In this document: positions 24,684 to 36,147 of the stretch, one piece after another
How the letters are laid out: each line of letters starts with the position of its first letter
Numbering within the stretch: position 1 is the first letter of the stretch
From: Octopus sinensis
Lineage: Eukaryota
Length of the DNA stretch: 64,000 bases
Direction: 5' to 3'
Assembly (NCBI RefSeq): GCF_006345805.1
Contig: NC_043010.1
Coordinates: 11,904,001-11,968,000 of the forward strand
The notes under the pieces: model-generated
Database searches by the model: none
The model's input: the letters and a program-made list of their open reading frames with translations, nothing else
What the model was told of the DNA's origin: nothing
Made by a program: the position numbers and the translations under genes

Positions 24684-25646
24684 ATTGGTACTCTAGATTC
24701 ATTGACTGATAATTTTATCACAAAGAATTGATACATCACTGGTAAATTCTCCATCATACATTTTATCTGCAGAATAAATACATCACTAAGCTTTATTTAA
24801 AGTCTTAAATCGTAGAGTAAATAAGTTGCACTTCTTTAACAATGAAAAAGAAATTTATTTGAAGCCAAAAAATTTCCCTCCTACAATCTCAGAAATTTTT
24901 AGAAATCTTTTTAAAAAAAGGCACAATCAGGAAACTAAGTAATAATCAAACAGTATATCTCTACTGCAGGAATTCCATAACCCAAAAAGAAGGATAAAGA
25001 TAACACTCTGAGAATTCAACACAGCATCAATGAATGTCAAAATTGCAAAATACTGGATTATTTAAGAGCCATTGCTTACAATTTGCCGTTTTTAAAATGC
25101 TTCTTCTTTCTTCTTATTTCATATAGAGTTATCTTTTATTTTATTGCATTTCTATTTTTTATATACTTTTTTGGCTTTAATATTTTTGAAGAGTAATTTT
25201 TTATTTACTTTTTTTGTTTTTTGGGGTTTCTTTTTTTTTTTTCATGTATATATTGAGAAAATTTGAGATTAATAATTTTGTTTTTGAACGTTCTTTCCAT
25301 TGCTAATGCAACATATTTACTTAATAAATACAAAATCTTTCGATAATGTCTTGCAATATATATTTACTCTACAGCTGAAAAGTATGATAATGTATTTACC
25401 AACAATTTCATATGGCATGATGATGAACTTACCAAAGACGGCATTAACTTTTGACAAAATTACCATGGTTAAAATTACAGGCTACGTATTTACAATAACG
25501 TAATTATTTGTGATAAGTTATATGATGGCCAATCATTGGGTTAGTGCTTCACTCCATGGAGGCAAATCTTCCTTTGATAGGAGGATATTTATCTCCCCTT
25601 GATAATTTCCCCAGAAGACTTGGTATTCAAGAGCTTAGGGAGCTAG

Positions 25647-25929
25647 ATATTCATAAATCATCTGTCCATCTACATAAATCATCTGTCCATATTCATAAAT
25701 CATCTGTCCATCAACATAAATCATCTGTCCATATTCATAAATCATATGTCCATATTCATAAATCATCTGTCCATCTACATAAATCATCTGTCCATATTCA
25801 TAAATCATCTGTCCATCAACATAAATCATCTGTCCATCTACATAAATCATCTGTCCATCAACATAAATCATCTGTCCATCTACATAAATCATCTGTCCAT
25901 ATTCATAAATCATCTGTCCATCTACATAA
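25647..25929. repeat. 21-bp minisatellite CATAAATCATCTGTCCAT(CTA/ATT/CAA), 13 units
   Basis: Directly visible; three variant unit types. Confidence 0.95.
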
Positions 25930-26075
25930 TATACTATTTCTGTAAGAGCTACATGAGTAGAGTACTCAGACATGCTCCCACCCCACCCCGTGCAGCCTGT
26001 CAGAAATTAGGGTAAAGGACAAGGGTAATGACTCCCTTCAGTCATGAATGACAATGGGATTGCATCTAGAAAGTT

Positions 26076-26196
26076 TGGGGTCGATAAATTAAGTACCAGT
26101 TACGCACTGAGGGGTCAATGTAATCAACTTAATCCCTTTGTCTGTCCTTGTTTGTCCCCTCTGTATGTAGTCTCTTATGGGCAGTAAAGAAATAAG
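26076..26196 (+). mobile_element. SINE family E, 3' half
   Basis: GGGGTCGATAAATTAAGTACC...AGTAAAGAAATAAG. Confidence 0.8.
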
Positions 26197-26563
26197 AAAG
26201 TTCCCCTCCAAGGCACAAGTCCAGACAAAGGTTGTTTACAGAAAACCAGCAATCTCCCTTCTCCACGCCACCGATGTTATCCAAGGGAAAGGTAAAGACC
26301 AGTACAGTTTCACACAAGTGATTTCACAACTCATTTCTACAGCTGAGTGAACAGAGTGAACTAAAGCAACATGAAATAAAGTATCTTGCTCAAAAACGCA
26401 ACATGCAGCCCAGTCCGGGTATTGAACTCACTATCTCATGACTGTGAGCCCAATGCTCTAACCACTGTGCCTATCTAAAATAACCATTAGCAAATAGACC
26501 AGCTCGATCCCCAAGCAAGATCAATCGATGCTATAGTGGCACTGACATACAAAGATACATACA

Positions 26564-26947
26564 GTAGGAGCACTCCGTCGGTTGCGACGATGAGGGTCCC
26601 AGCTGATCCAATCAACGGAACAGCTTGCTCGTGATATTAACGTGCAAGTGGCTGAGCACTCCACAGACACGTGTACCCTTAACGTAGTTCTTGAGGAGAT
26701 TCAGCGTGACACAGAGTGTGACAAGGCTGGCCCTTTGAAATACAGGTACAAGAGAAACAGGAAGAAAGAGCGAGAGAAAGTTGTGGAGAAAGAGTACAGC
26801 AGGGTTCACCACCACCCCCTGCCGGAGCCTCGTGGAGCTTTAGGTGTTTTCGCTCAATAAACACTTACAATGCCCGGTCTGGGAATTGAAACCGCGATCC
26901 TCCGACCGTGAGTCCGCTGCTCTAACCACTGGGCCATTGTGCCTCCA
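26564..26947 (-). mobile_element. SINE family A, full length
   Basis: 15-bp TSD ACAAAGATACATACA at 26549-26563 and 26949-26963. Confidence 0.9.
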
Positions 26948-26965
26948 CACAAAGATACATACATA

Positions 26966-27144
26966 AGTCGCTAGCCACTACACATTCTTTATTTTCTCTC
27001 CTTGTTTCTTTCTGTGTTACTTTCTGTGGAAGAGCATAGGCTCAAAACGTTAAATACTTTTTCATTTCCTGAGCATTATACTAATACAGCTGTTTGTTGT
27101 CTACACCACCTGTCTTTGTCTTTTGTTTTTTTGTGAATTCTCCC
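26966..27144 (+). mobile_element. Microsatellite-embedded element G1 with degenerate hammerhead motif (27020-27056)
   Basis: CTTT-CTGTGGA-A-GAGC-ATAG-GCTC-AAAAC-GTT-AAA; paralogs at 28736, 28896, 34165. Confidence 0.75.
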
Positions 27145-27318
27145 TATAAAATATATATATATATATACCGTAAATCCTCGAGTATAATCTGCATTTTTTT
27201 CCCAAAATTTAAAGGTCAAAATCCCTAGTGATTTATCCTATATTTCCTGCTTATCTCTACACAGTTAATAAAATCTGTCCTACAACTCTATCCTCAGACA
27301 TTCTAATCAAATATCCAT

Positions 27319-27496
27319 AGGCGCAGGAGTGGCTGCATGGTAAGTAGCTTGCTAAACAACCACATGGTTCCGGGTTCAGTCCCACTGCGTAGCATCTTGG
27401 GCAAGTGTCTTCTGCTATAGCCCCGGGCCGACCAATGCCTTGTGAGTGGATTTGGTAGACAGAAACTGAAAGAAGCCTGTCGTATATATGTATACC

Positions 27497-27531
<35 letters not shown>

Positions 27532-27756
27532 TTGTGTGTGTGTGTTTGTCCCCCTAGCATTGCTTGACAACCGATGCTGGTGTGTTTATGTCCCCGTCAC
27601 TTAGTGGTTCAGCAAAAGAACCGATAGAATAAGTAATGAGCTTACAAAGAATAAGTCCTGGGGTCGATTTGCTCTACTAAAGGCGGTGCACCAGCATGGC
27701 CACAGTCAAATGACTGAAACAAGTAAAAGAGAAAAAAGAGAAAGAGAAAGAGAGAG
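27319..27756 (+). mobile_element. SINE family B, full length
   Basis: Matches consensus. Confidence 0.9.
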
Positions 27757-28084
27757 CTGTAACCCTTCAATGAGATGTAATGAATTAACTTGGAGAAATT
27801 ATCTGATCCCTGAACTCTACACCCCATTGAATAACTTCATTCTGCAACTCTTTGGAGCCCCGTTTCAACCATCTGTGATCATAACTTATTTAGGTACTTC
27901 TTGGAAAATGGATTTCAGGTGGCAGAGAGTAATACAGCCTGCAGACACAGGTGGCTAGTTGTGATATATGTAGACTCCTGCCAGACAAATAAGCAACCCC
28001 TAAGGAAACAATACTAATGCAAGACATGGCTTGTAAGACGGTGACATTTGTTTATGACTTTATCTAAACAAGGAGACACAAACA

Positions 28085-28440
28085 CATGCACCATGCACAC
28101 ACACACACACATACACTCCTACACATACACTCACACACACACACACATATGCATACATACATACATACATACATACATACACACATACATACATACATGC
28201 ATACATACATACATGCATACATACACACATGCATACATACATACATACACACATACATACACACACACATACATACACACATACACACATTCATACATGC
28301 ATACATGCATACATACATACATTCCTGCATACATACATACATACATACATTCATACATACTTACATACATACACACATACATACATACACACACACATAC
28401 ACACACACATACATACACACATACACACATTCATACATAC

Positions 28441-28471
<31 letters not shown>

Positions 28472-28735
28472 CATACATACATGCATACATACATACATAC
28501 ACACACACATACACACACACATACACACATACATACATACATACATACATACATACAAACATAAAAACATACATACTTACATACAAACATACATACATAT
28601 ATACATACATACATACATACATACATACATACATGCATACATACATACATGCATACATACATACATACATACATACATACATACATGCATACATACATAC
28701 ATGCATACATACATACATACATACATACATACATA
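28085..28735. repeat. (CATA)n/(CA)n compound microsatellite
   Basis: Directly visible; source of the HTYI/MYVC pseudo-ORFs. Confidence 0.95.
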
Positions 28736-28868
28736 AATCGTTAGCCACTACACATTCTTTATTTTCTCTACTTGTTTCTTTCTGTGTTCCTTCCCGAGCG
28801 TTATACTAATACATCTGTTTGTTGTCTACACCACCTGTCTTTGTCTTTTGTTTTTTCGTGAATTCTCC
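28736..28868 (+). mobile_element. Element G1 copy lacking the hammerhead segment
   Basis: Aligns to 26966-27144 with ~45 bp missing between TTCCTTC and CCGAGCG. Confidence 0.75.
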
Positions 28869-28895
28869 TTATATATATATATATATATATATGTA

Positions 28896-29088
28896 TCATG
28901 TTAGATCGTTAGCTCCTACATGCATTTTTTTCTCTCCTTGTTTTTTTTCTGTGTATCTTTCTATCGAAGAGCGTAGGCTCGAAACGTAAAAGACTTGTTC
29001 TATTTCTATTCCTGAGCACCATACTAATACATTTGTTTGTTTGTACTCCACCTGGCTTCGTCCTTTGTTTATTTTCGAAACCTTCCTG
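28896..29088 (+). mobile_element. Element G1 copy with hammerhead-like motif (28956-28993)
   Basis: TCTTT-CTATCGA-A-GAGC-GTAG-GCTC-GAAAC-GTA-AAAGA. Confidence 0.75.
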
Positions 29089-29152
29089 TTATATATATAT
29101 GTATATGTATAAACTTCACATTAGTTCAAATATATTTGTGACATTTTTTATC

Positions 29153-29372
29153 CCCTTTAGTATTCGTATTATTCTATCAAAAATAACGTTTATTTATCCA
29201 CATTGTTTTGAATTAATCATGAATTACCTTGTAGCTTTGAGATTTTGATGAGGTAACTGTTAATTTTCAGAATGATATTGTAGGGCTATTGTAAGAGACC
29301 AGACCTAGCCAGTTTAAACATAAAACAGGTTGAATATTTTGGCCAGGTATGGCCGGTTGAACTGCTAAAGGA
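29153..29372. mobile_element. piggyBac-type MITE (family C), opposite orientation
   Basis: Reverse complement of 63226-63445; ends CTAAAGGA|TTAA. Confidence 0.75.
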
Positions 29373-29796
29373 TTAAAGGATTAAAGGCAATTTCACTGCA
29401 GTGAGAAACTTGTACATTCTGAGATGTAGATACAACAAGGCAAATAGAAGCCATGTCTAAATAAGCCTAGTTCTTTGAAGTTCTAAGTAAAATACTGATT
29501 TGGTGATTGGTGTGAATATGATCACTCAAACTGCATTAAAGTCAAGATCTTCTATCATTTTTGTTTCAGTTATTGGACTGCAACTATGCCTTGAAGGATT
29601 TAGTCGAATGAATCAACCTAAGTACTTATTTCTAAGTCTGCTATTCATTCTATCAGACTTGTTCTGCCCTCTAGCTTACAGGGATGTAAACAAACTAACA
29701 TTGGCTGTCAAGTAGTGGTGTGGGACACAAAGTCACACACACATACGCACATGCACACATGCCCACGCTTACATATGTGTGTATATATATAGACAG

Positions 29797-29857
<61 letters not shown>

Positions 29858-30222
29858 TGTTTCTTTATTAGCCACATAGGGCTGAACACAGAGGGGACAA
29901 ATTACAAAGTAGACCTTTTCTTTTTAGGGAGAAAGAAAAAGAAAAAAGAAGTGGGGTAGGTTTTCGATCAAAAGGGATCATAAAAAAAAAAACAATCAAT
30001 AGGGATCGTGTATCACAGAAATGTCATGATGCACAGTGTAAAGGGGGAAACAGATAAGGCTTATCCATGGAAAGAAAAGCCTATGGAAAAGACCACGGTA
30101 ACCTCAGTCAATAATGTCATATGTTAACACATTTAATTGCAAGTAAGTATCTCTCTGTTATAAATTTTCCGGGTTCATAGGATTATGCTCAAGGTGGCTT
30201 CATCATTCATATGTGCCATCCT

Positions 30223-30298
<76 letters not shown>

Positions 30299-30650
30299 TG
30301 TAGGTTTATATATATATATAATAGGCTTCTTTACAGTTTCCATCAACCAAATTTACTCTTATGATACTAGTTGACCTGAGAATGTTGTAGACATAGGCCC
30401 AAGTTGCTGTGCAGTGGAACTGAAATCAAAACCACATGGCTGCAAATATGAAGCTTCTCAATGACACAGCCATGCCTGGACTTATAGTTATAAATGATTA
30501 TTCTAAAATCATTTCTTCCTTGGGCCTTCATTAGTTCATTAGTCAGGACATATTTAGAATAAAAGACGAGAGACAATATATTTTAAATCTTTAATCTCAT
30601 TCATTAAAATTCTCCTATTTCACTCTGAGTAAATAAAAGCGAAAACATAC

Positions 30651-30807
30651 CTGGTATTTCTTCATAATGTTTTGTTGCATCATCTATTCGCCATCCATTT
30701 TCGCTGTCTCTTCGACTGCCTCCTCTTCTGTTAATTGTAGCTGTGCTATGAATTTCTCTAGCACCATCTTGATCAGAGGCTTGGGCTATATGTGGTGGTC
30801 TGCTCTC
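30651..30807 (-). CDS. Predicted second coding exon of the protocadherin (cytoplasmic tail: ESRPPHIAQ...WRIDDATKHYEEIP)
   Basis: Acceptor TTGTTTCCACAG|GAG and donor CCAG|GTATGT; 157 nt, open frame; phase 0 start matches the phase 0 end of the large exon; phase 1 end. Confidence 0.7.
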
Positions 30808-31144
30808 CTGTGGAAACAATATCTTTCTCATGTAAATTATGCAAGTTGGAATCATAAAGAGATGACAACATCTGAAGGTTATTAAAGTAGTGATAACGAA
30901 AGTAGCAAGCTGGTAGAATCATTAACACACCAGATGAAATGCTTTGCAGGATTTCTACCAGCTTGGTGTTCTGAGTTCAAATATCACCAAGGTAGACTTT
31001 GTCTTTTATCCTTTCAGGGTCGATAAAATATGTAGCAGTCAAGTACCGGGGTCAATGCAATTGATTTTCCCCCACCCCACAAAATATCCATGATGGAAGA
31101 TCAAGATAAATGGGGAAACCATGGAAACAGTCTTGGAACATCCT

Positions 31145-31915
31145 ATGGGACGACCTATGGCCTGTGGTCCTAGCCTTGGTTGAATTTTGAAGCTAATGTT
31201 GAATATGTTTGGGCAATGCTGGTGGTATATTCTCCACATCATGCAAATGATGTATAGCTCACAGCAGCGCTGGAGAGAATAGAGTTCCAATGCTTTAAGG
31301 CGGTCCCAATAATCAAGACCAGTCATACCCTTAATTTTTTAGTGAATGGTCTCTGGAATGATTCAATTTCCAAAATGTTTCACTTTGCATGGGGAGACCT
31401 CGGTGGGCAGCAATATTCAAGGTGTGGCTGTACAAAGGACAAGTAAAAAGGAGTGATGACATCTTGTTCTCTGGACCAGAACAGTTCTTAGGATCCAGGC
31501 GCTCATCTTTCAAGCTGTAGTGGCCTTATTGTTGATGTGGGTACTCCTGCTGAATTTGTTGTCAACAACTACTCCTTAGACTCTGATATATGGCTGACTT
31601 TGTCAAACGCTTAAAATCACAGTCATAGGCAGAGCAAAGTTCAGAGAAGTCCTACCTCTGCTGGCATCAAAGGGCCTCTCCCGCAGAGTGAAAGGCAGAT
31701 TATATGATGCCTGTGTGCAAACAGCTATGTTACACAGTAACAGCTGAGTTTGTTGTTAACAATTACTCCTTAGACTCTGATAATATGGTTGACTTTGTCA
31801 AACGCTTACTAAAGTCATGATGTATGACATCAGAGCTCGAACCTGATCCCAAGGCTTTAAGGATATCATTGATGTGGTGCAAGAGTTGTGTTAGACAATC
31901 CCTGCCACATCTACA
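31145..31915 (-). mobile_element. CR1-clade LINE ORF2 relic with large internal deletion
   Basis: Minus-strand GRDCLTQLLHHINDIL...DFSK(A)FDKV, GVVVDNKFSRSTHIN, FVQPHLEYCC..SPH, FTKKIKGMTGLDYWDRLKALELYSLQR. Confidence 0.85.
31614..31742 (+). mobile_element. Internal RTE reverse-transcriptase fragment flanked by 65-bp direct repeats
   Basis: IGRAKFREVLPLLASKGLSRRVKGRLYDACVQTAMLHS (31625-31738); repeats at 31549-31613 and 31743-31808. Confidence 0.8.
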
Positions 31916-31947
31916 ACTAATTATTCTACTGCATATATTTCACTAAG

Positions 31948-32177
31948 ACGGCTAGTTGGCAGAAACGTTAGCACGCCAGGCGAAATGCTTTGTGGTATCT
32001 TGTCCACTGCTGTGTTCTGAGTTCAAATTCCGCTGAGGTCGACTTTGCCTTTCATCCTTTCGGGGTCAATAAATTAAGTACTAGTTATGCACTGGAGTCG
32101 ATGTAATCGACTTAATCCCTTTGTCTGTCCTTGTTTGTCCCCTCTGTTTTTAGCCCCTTGTGGGTAGTAAAGAAATA
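31948..32177 (+). mobile_element. SINE family E, monomer
   Basis: 13-bp TSD ATATATTTCACTA at 31933-31945 and 32177-32189. Confidence 0.9.
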
Positions 32178-32380
32178 TATATTTCACTACATTCCACAAT
32201 TACCTTCCATATTCAAGGGATCATGTATTCAGTTTTTGCCTATCAACTTATTACACTATAGACATGTATTTCTTGCTGTAAGCAGAACAAATGGCAGAAA
32301 TAATTCTAAATTACTTGACTGAAAATTTAGAAGGCTGAAATGTGTTCATTCCTTCTCATGTCTATTCAAAAAATATTGTT

Positions 32381-32961
32381 CTTCAGGAATGCTCACAGCA
32401 GCCATATTCCTACCGCTCTATGTCACGCTGGTGAGACCCATATTGGAGTACGGGATTCAAGCCTCTTCTCCTTATCTCCTCAAAGACATACATCATCTTG
32501 AAAGAGTACAGAAGCTGGCTACCTGCATGGTTCTTGGTCTCAAGCATTTGTCTTATGAAGAAAGGCTGAAGACGCTCGACCTTTATTCTCTAGAAAAACG
32601 CAGACGCCGCGGTGATCTCATTCTTGCTCACAACATCATAAGCGGAAAGTGTAACCTCTCGAAAGAGCTGTTCTTCACTCCTGCTCCAGAACGTCGACTG
32701 TGGGGTCACTCCGAAAAGCTCTATCTGTGACGATTTCGTTTCAATCGAAGGAGAGGGGCTTTCTCCGTCCGGGTTGCAGATCCGTGGAATAAGCTGCCGG
32801 ACGAGACAGTGAAGATGCCGATGACCGCTCGGTTCAAAGTCTCCCTTGATCACAAATGGCCTGAACTCTTTGCATGAACACCACCCTGTACATAACTCCA
32901 TGTCCCCCTACATGTCCTTGCTTTTTGCTTTTTGAGCCAAAAAATTAACTTAACTTAACTT
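32381..32961 (+). mobile_element. 5'-truncated CR1-clade LINE 3' end with (AACTT)n tail
   Basis: LYVTLVRPILEYG...LERVQKLAT...LSYEERLKTLDLYSLEKRRRRGDLI; one in-frame TGA (32728-30), then RFRFNRRRGAFSVRVADPWNKLP to stop at 32877. Confidence 0.9.
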
Positions 32962-33178
32962 TTGTGGTGAATGTGAATAATAATACTTCTTATGCACATT
33001 TGTAGCTTTTGCATGGAATGTATCTGTTATGTTAAAAATGCACAGCTTTTGCATGAGCTAAGCCTGCTATCACTTGAAAACCTTTGGAAATATATGTAAC
33101 CTGTTTGTAAGATCATGTACACATGTGTAAATACGTCTATATTTTGGTAGTTTTAAATACATATACATTCACAACATT

Positions 33179-33610
33179 TACTCTTTTACTCTTTTACTCT
33201 TTTACTAGTTTCAGTCATTTGACTATGGCGCTACTGGAGCACTGCCTTTAGTTGAGAAAATCGACACCAGGACTTATTCTTTGTAAGCCTAGTACTTATT
33301 CTATCGGTCTCTTTTGCCGAACCGCTAAGTTACAGGGACGTAAACACACCAGCATCGGTTTTCAAGCGATGTTGGTGGGGGGGGGGGACAAACGCAGACA
33401 CACAAACATATACACACACATACATATATATATATATACATATATATATGATGGGCTTCTTTCAGTCTCCATCTACCAAATCCAATCACAAGGCTTTGGT
33501 CGGCCCGAGGCTATAGTGGAAGACACTTGCCTAAGGTGCCCCACAGTGGGACTGAACCCGGAAACTATGTGGTTGGTAAGCTAGCTACTTACCACACAAC
33601 CACTCCTGCA
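33179..33610 (-). mobile_element. SINE family B
   Basis: Matches consensus. Confidence 0.9.
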
Positions 33611-34164
33611 CATTTCAAGAATTATGAAGAGTACTCATTGTAAAAATATAACATTATGTAGAAATACAAGTGAGTTACTGACTACATGTAGCCCAATTTA
33701 AAAGTAATGAAACCTGTACAATATTTTAGGAATGGTAAATATAATTTCCATATTTTCTTGTTAATTTGGCATTTTTATTTACATCCTCGTGTACTCATTA
33801 GCAACTTTCATCATGAAGACATTTTCCAACAATACCTCCAATTGGAAAAAATTGAATATTCATGTGCACAAGCAAAAATGTTGTAATTATCACAAAGTTT
33901 AGTGAAACAGCACTCATTATTATTGCTGACTCAGGTACTTGAGTATTTATAAATATAAATATATGCATGTATATATGTACATACATACATACATACATAT
34001 ATGTGTATTTGTGTATGTGTGTATCTGGGTATGTATATTTATATGTGTGTATATATATATGTATGCATATGTATATATGTATATATATATATATGTACGT
34101 ATTTGTGTATGTATATATATATATATTTATATATATCTATACATATATATACACATATATAGAG

Positions 34165-34373
34165 AGAGTTCACGAAAAAAACAAAAGATGAAGACAGGTG
34201 GTGTACAAAACAAACAGATGTATTAGTATAATGCTCAGGAATAGAAAAAGTCTTTTACGTTTCGAGCCTACGCTCTTCTACAGAAAGGGACACAGAAAAA
34301 ACAAGGAGAGAAACAAGGAGAGAAAAAAGGAGAGAAAAAAATGTGTGTAGTGGCTAATGATCTATCATGGCAA
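34165..34373 (-). mobile_element. Element G1 copy with hammerhead-like motif (34251-34287)
   Basis: Minus strand CTTT-CTGTAGA-A-GAGC-GTAG-GCTC-GAAAC-GTA-AAAG; sits between TA microsatellites. Confidence 0.8.
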
Positions 34374-34722
34374 CTTATATGTATATACATATATATATAT
34401 ATATATATATGGATATATGCATTTATATGCATGTATATACATATACATATATATATATATTGTTAAAGTTTAGATAACCATCTAAGGGATAATAAATATC
34501 GAATATACTACTAGAGGTACACCTATTCATATCCAAATGCTTGCTGTTGCAAGGCAATAGTACAATTGAATAATAGGTATAAGTGGAGGCAAACAAAAGT
34601 TTATCTAGAATTTATAAGGCAAGGAAGAAAATAGAGAAGATATCCAGTTAACAAACATCATCAAGATCTATTTATTAATAACAATCATAGGAATAAATAA
34701 ATAAATAAATAAATACAACTCT

Positions 34723-34823
34723 AGTCTTACAGCTGTTTCTTCTTTGGGGGGTCCAGCATGCCAAAGTTGATACTTCATACAAAAATTATCCAAAAATTGA
34801 TCCCCAATGCTTCATCAGAGAGT
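34723..34823 (-). ncRNA. Type I hammerhead-ribozyme motif with long stem II loop
   Basis: Minus strand ACTCT-CTGATGA-A-GCATTGGGG..(~50 nt)..CCCCAAAGAA-GAAAC-AGCT-GTA-AGACT; palindromic stem III ACAGCTGT; base of stem II degenerate. Confidence 0.6.
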
Positions 34824-34924
34824 CCATAATGGTAAGAATTTAAAAAGTAAAAAAGTAGTCCAAGGTAATAACCAGAGGTTGTGAGATCACATCTTATTTC
34901 AATTGAATATCTTCTCCATTTTCG

Positions 34925-35071
34925 AGTGGTTGGCATTAGGAAGGGCATCCAGCTGTAGAAACACTGCCAGATCAGACTGGAGCCTGGTGCAGCCCCTGGC
35001 TTCCCAGACCCTGGTCGAACCGTCCAACCTGTGCTAGCGTGGAAAACGGACGTTAAATGATGACGATGATG
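34925..35071 (+). mobile_element. SINE-like family D, 3' part
   Basis: GTGGTTGGCATTAGGAAGGGCATCCAGCTGTAGAAAC...TTAAATGATGACGATG. Confidence 0.85.
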
Positions 35072-35101
35072 ATATATATATATATATTATATATATATAT
35101 A

Positions 35102-35497
<396 letters not shown>

Positions 35498-35846
35498 CAT
35501 AATACGCACACTTATATATGAATGTGTGTGTGTCAGTGTGTCTGTGCATGATTACGTCTATGTGCATATCAGTGTATTGAGTATCATCCATTTATATCAA
35601 TAAGGTAACTTAGCCAATCAATAAACAGAGATCAATAAAATATCCATCAGACAAAATTAAGTAATTGGTCCCAATTTGATTGACCGAAACTCTAGAAAGA
35701 AAATCCCCAATTTGGACTCGATCCAATACCTAAGACCAGCAAAAGACGTATGATTCTGGGTTTGGCATGGATTCATTATTAGAAAGCTGAAGGCTCAAAT
35801 TGGTACAGGTGACTGACAACATTTTGAATTTTATCAGGAGATCAAT

Positions 35847-36147
35847 TGTTTGTTCCTTCTAGAGCCATGCCTGGCTCATAAGGGCCAGTTTCCTGGTTTC
35901 TTGGTGTATAGTTTCCTCACCTGAACAGGACTCCAGTCCATTGCAGGTGAGCTGCAAGATGCTGGAGGAAAAAGTGAGAGAAAGTTGTGGCGAAAGAGTT
36001 AGCAGAGGTTCGCCATTACCTTCTGCCAGAGCCACGTGGAGCTTAGGTGTTTCGCTCATAAACACACACATTGTCCGGTCTGAGATTCGAACCCATGATC
36101 CCTCGACCGTGAGTCCACTGCTCTAACCACTAGGCCATGTGCCTCCA
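35847..36147 (-). mobile_element. SINE K: A-related head, CCTGCAATGGACTGG internal domain, ...GAGCCAGGCATGGCTC tail
   Basis: 12-bp TSD CAGGAGATCAAT at 35835-35846 and 36148-36159; paralog at 60533-61055. Confidence 0.85.

Noticed and set aside
25400-25640. Strong minus-strand donor TTG|GTAAGT near 25430
   Set aside because: All three frames upstream contain stops, so it is not a coding exon.
28048-28809. Long ORFs such as HTYI/MYVC/YIYI repeats (also 9242-9918, 47774-48868, 52598-53448)
   Set aside because: They are translations of stop-free di- and tetranucleotide microsatellites, open in several frames at once.
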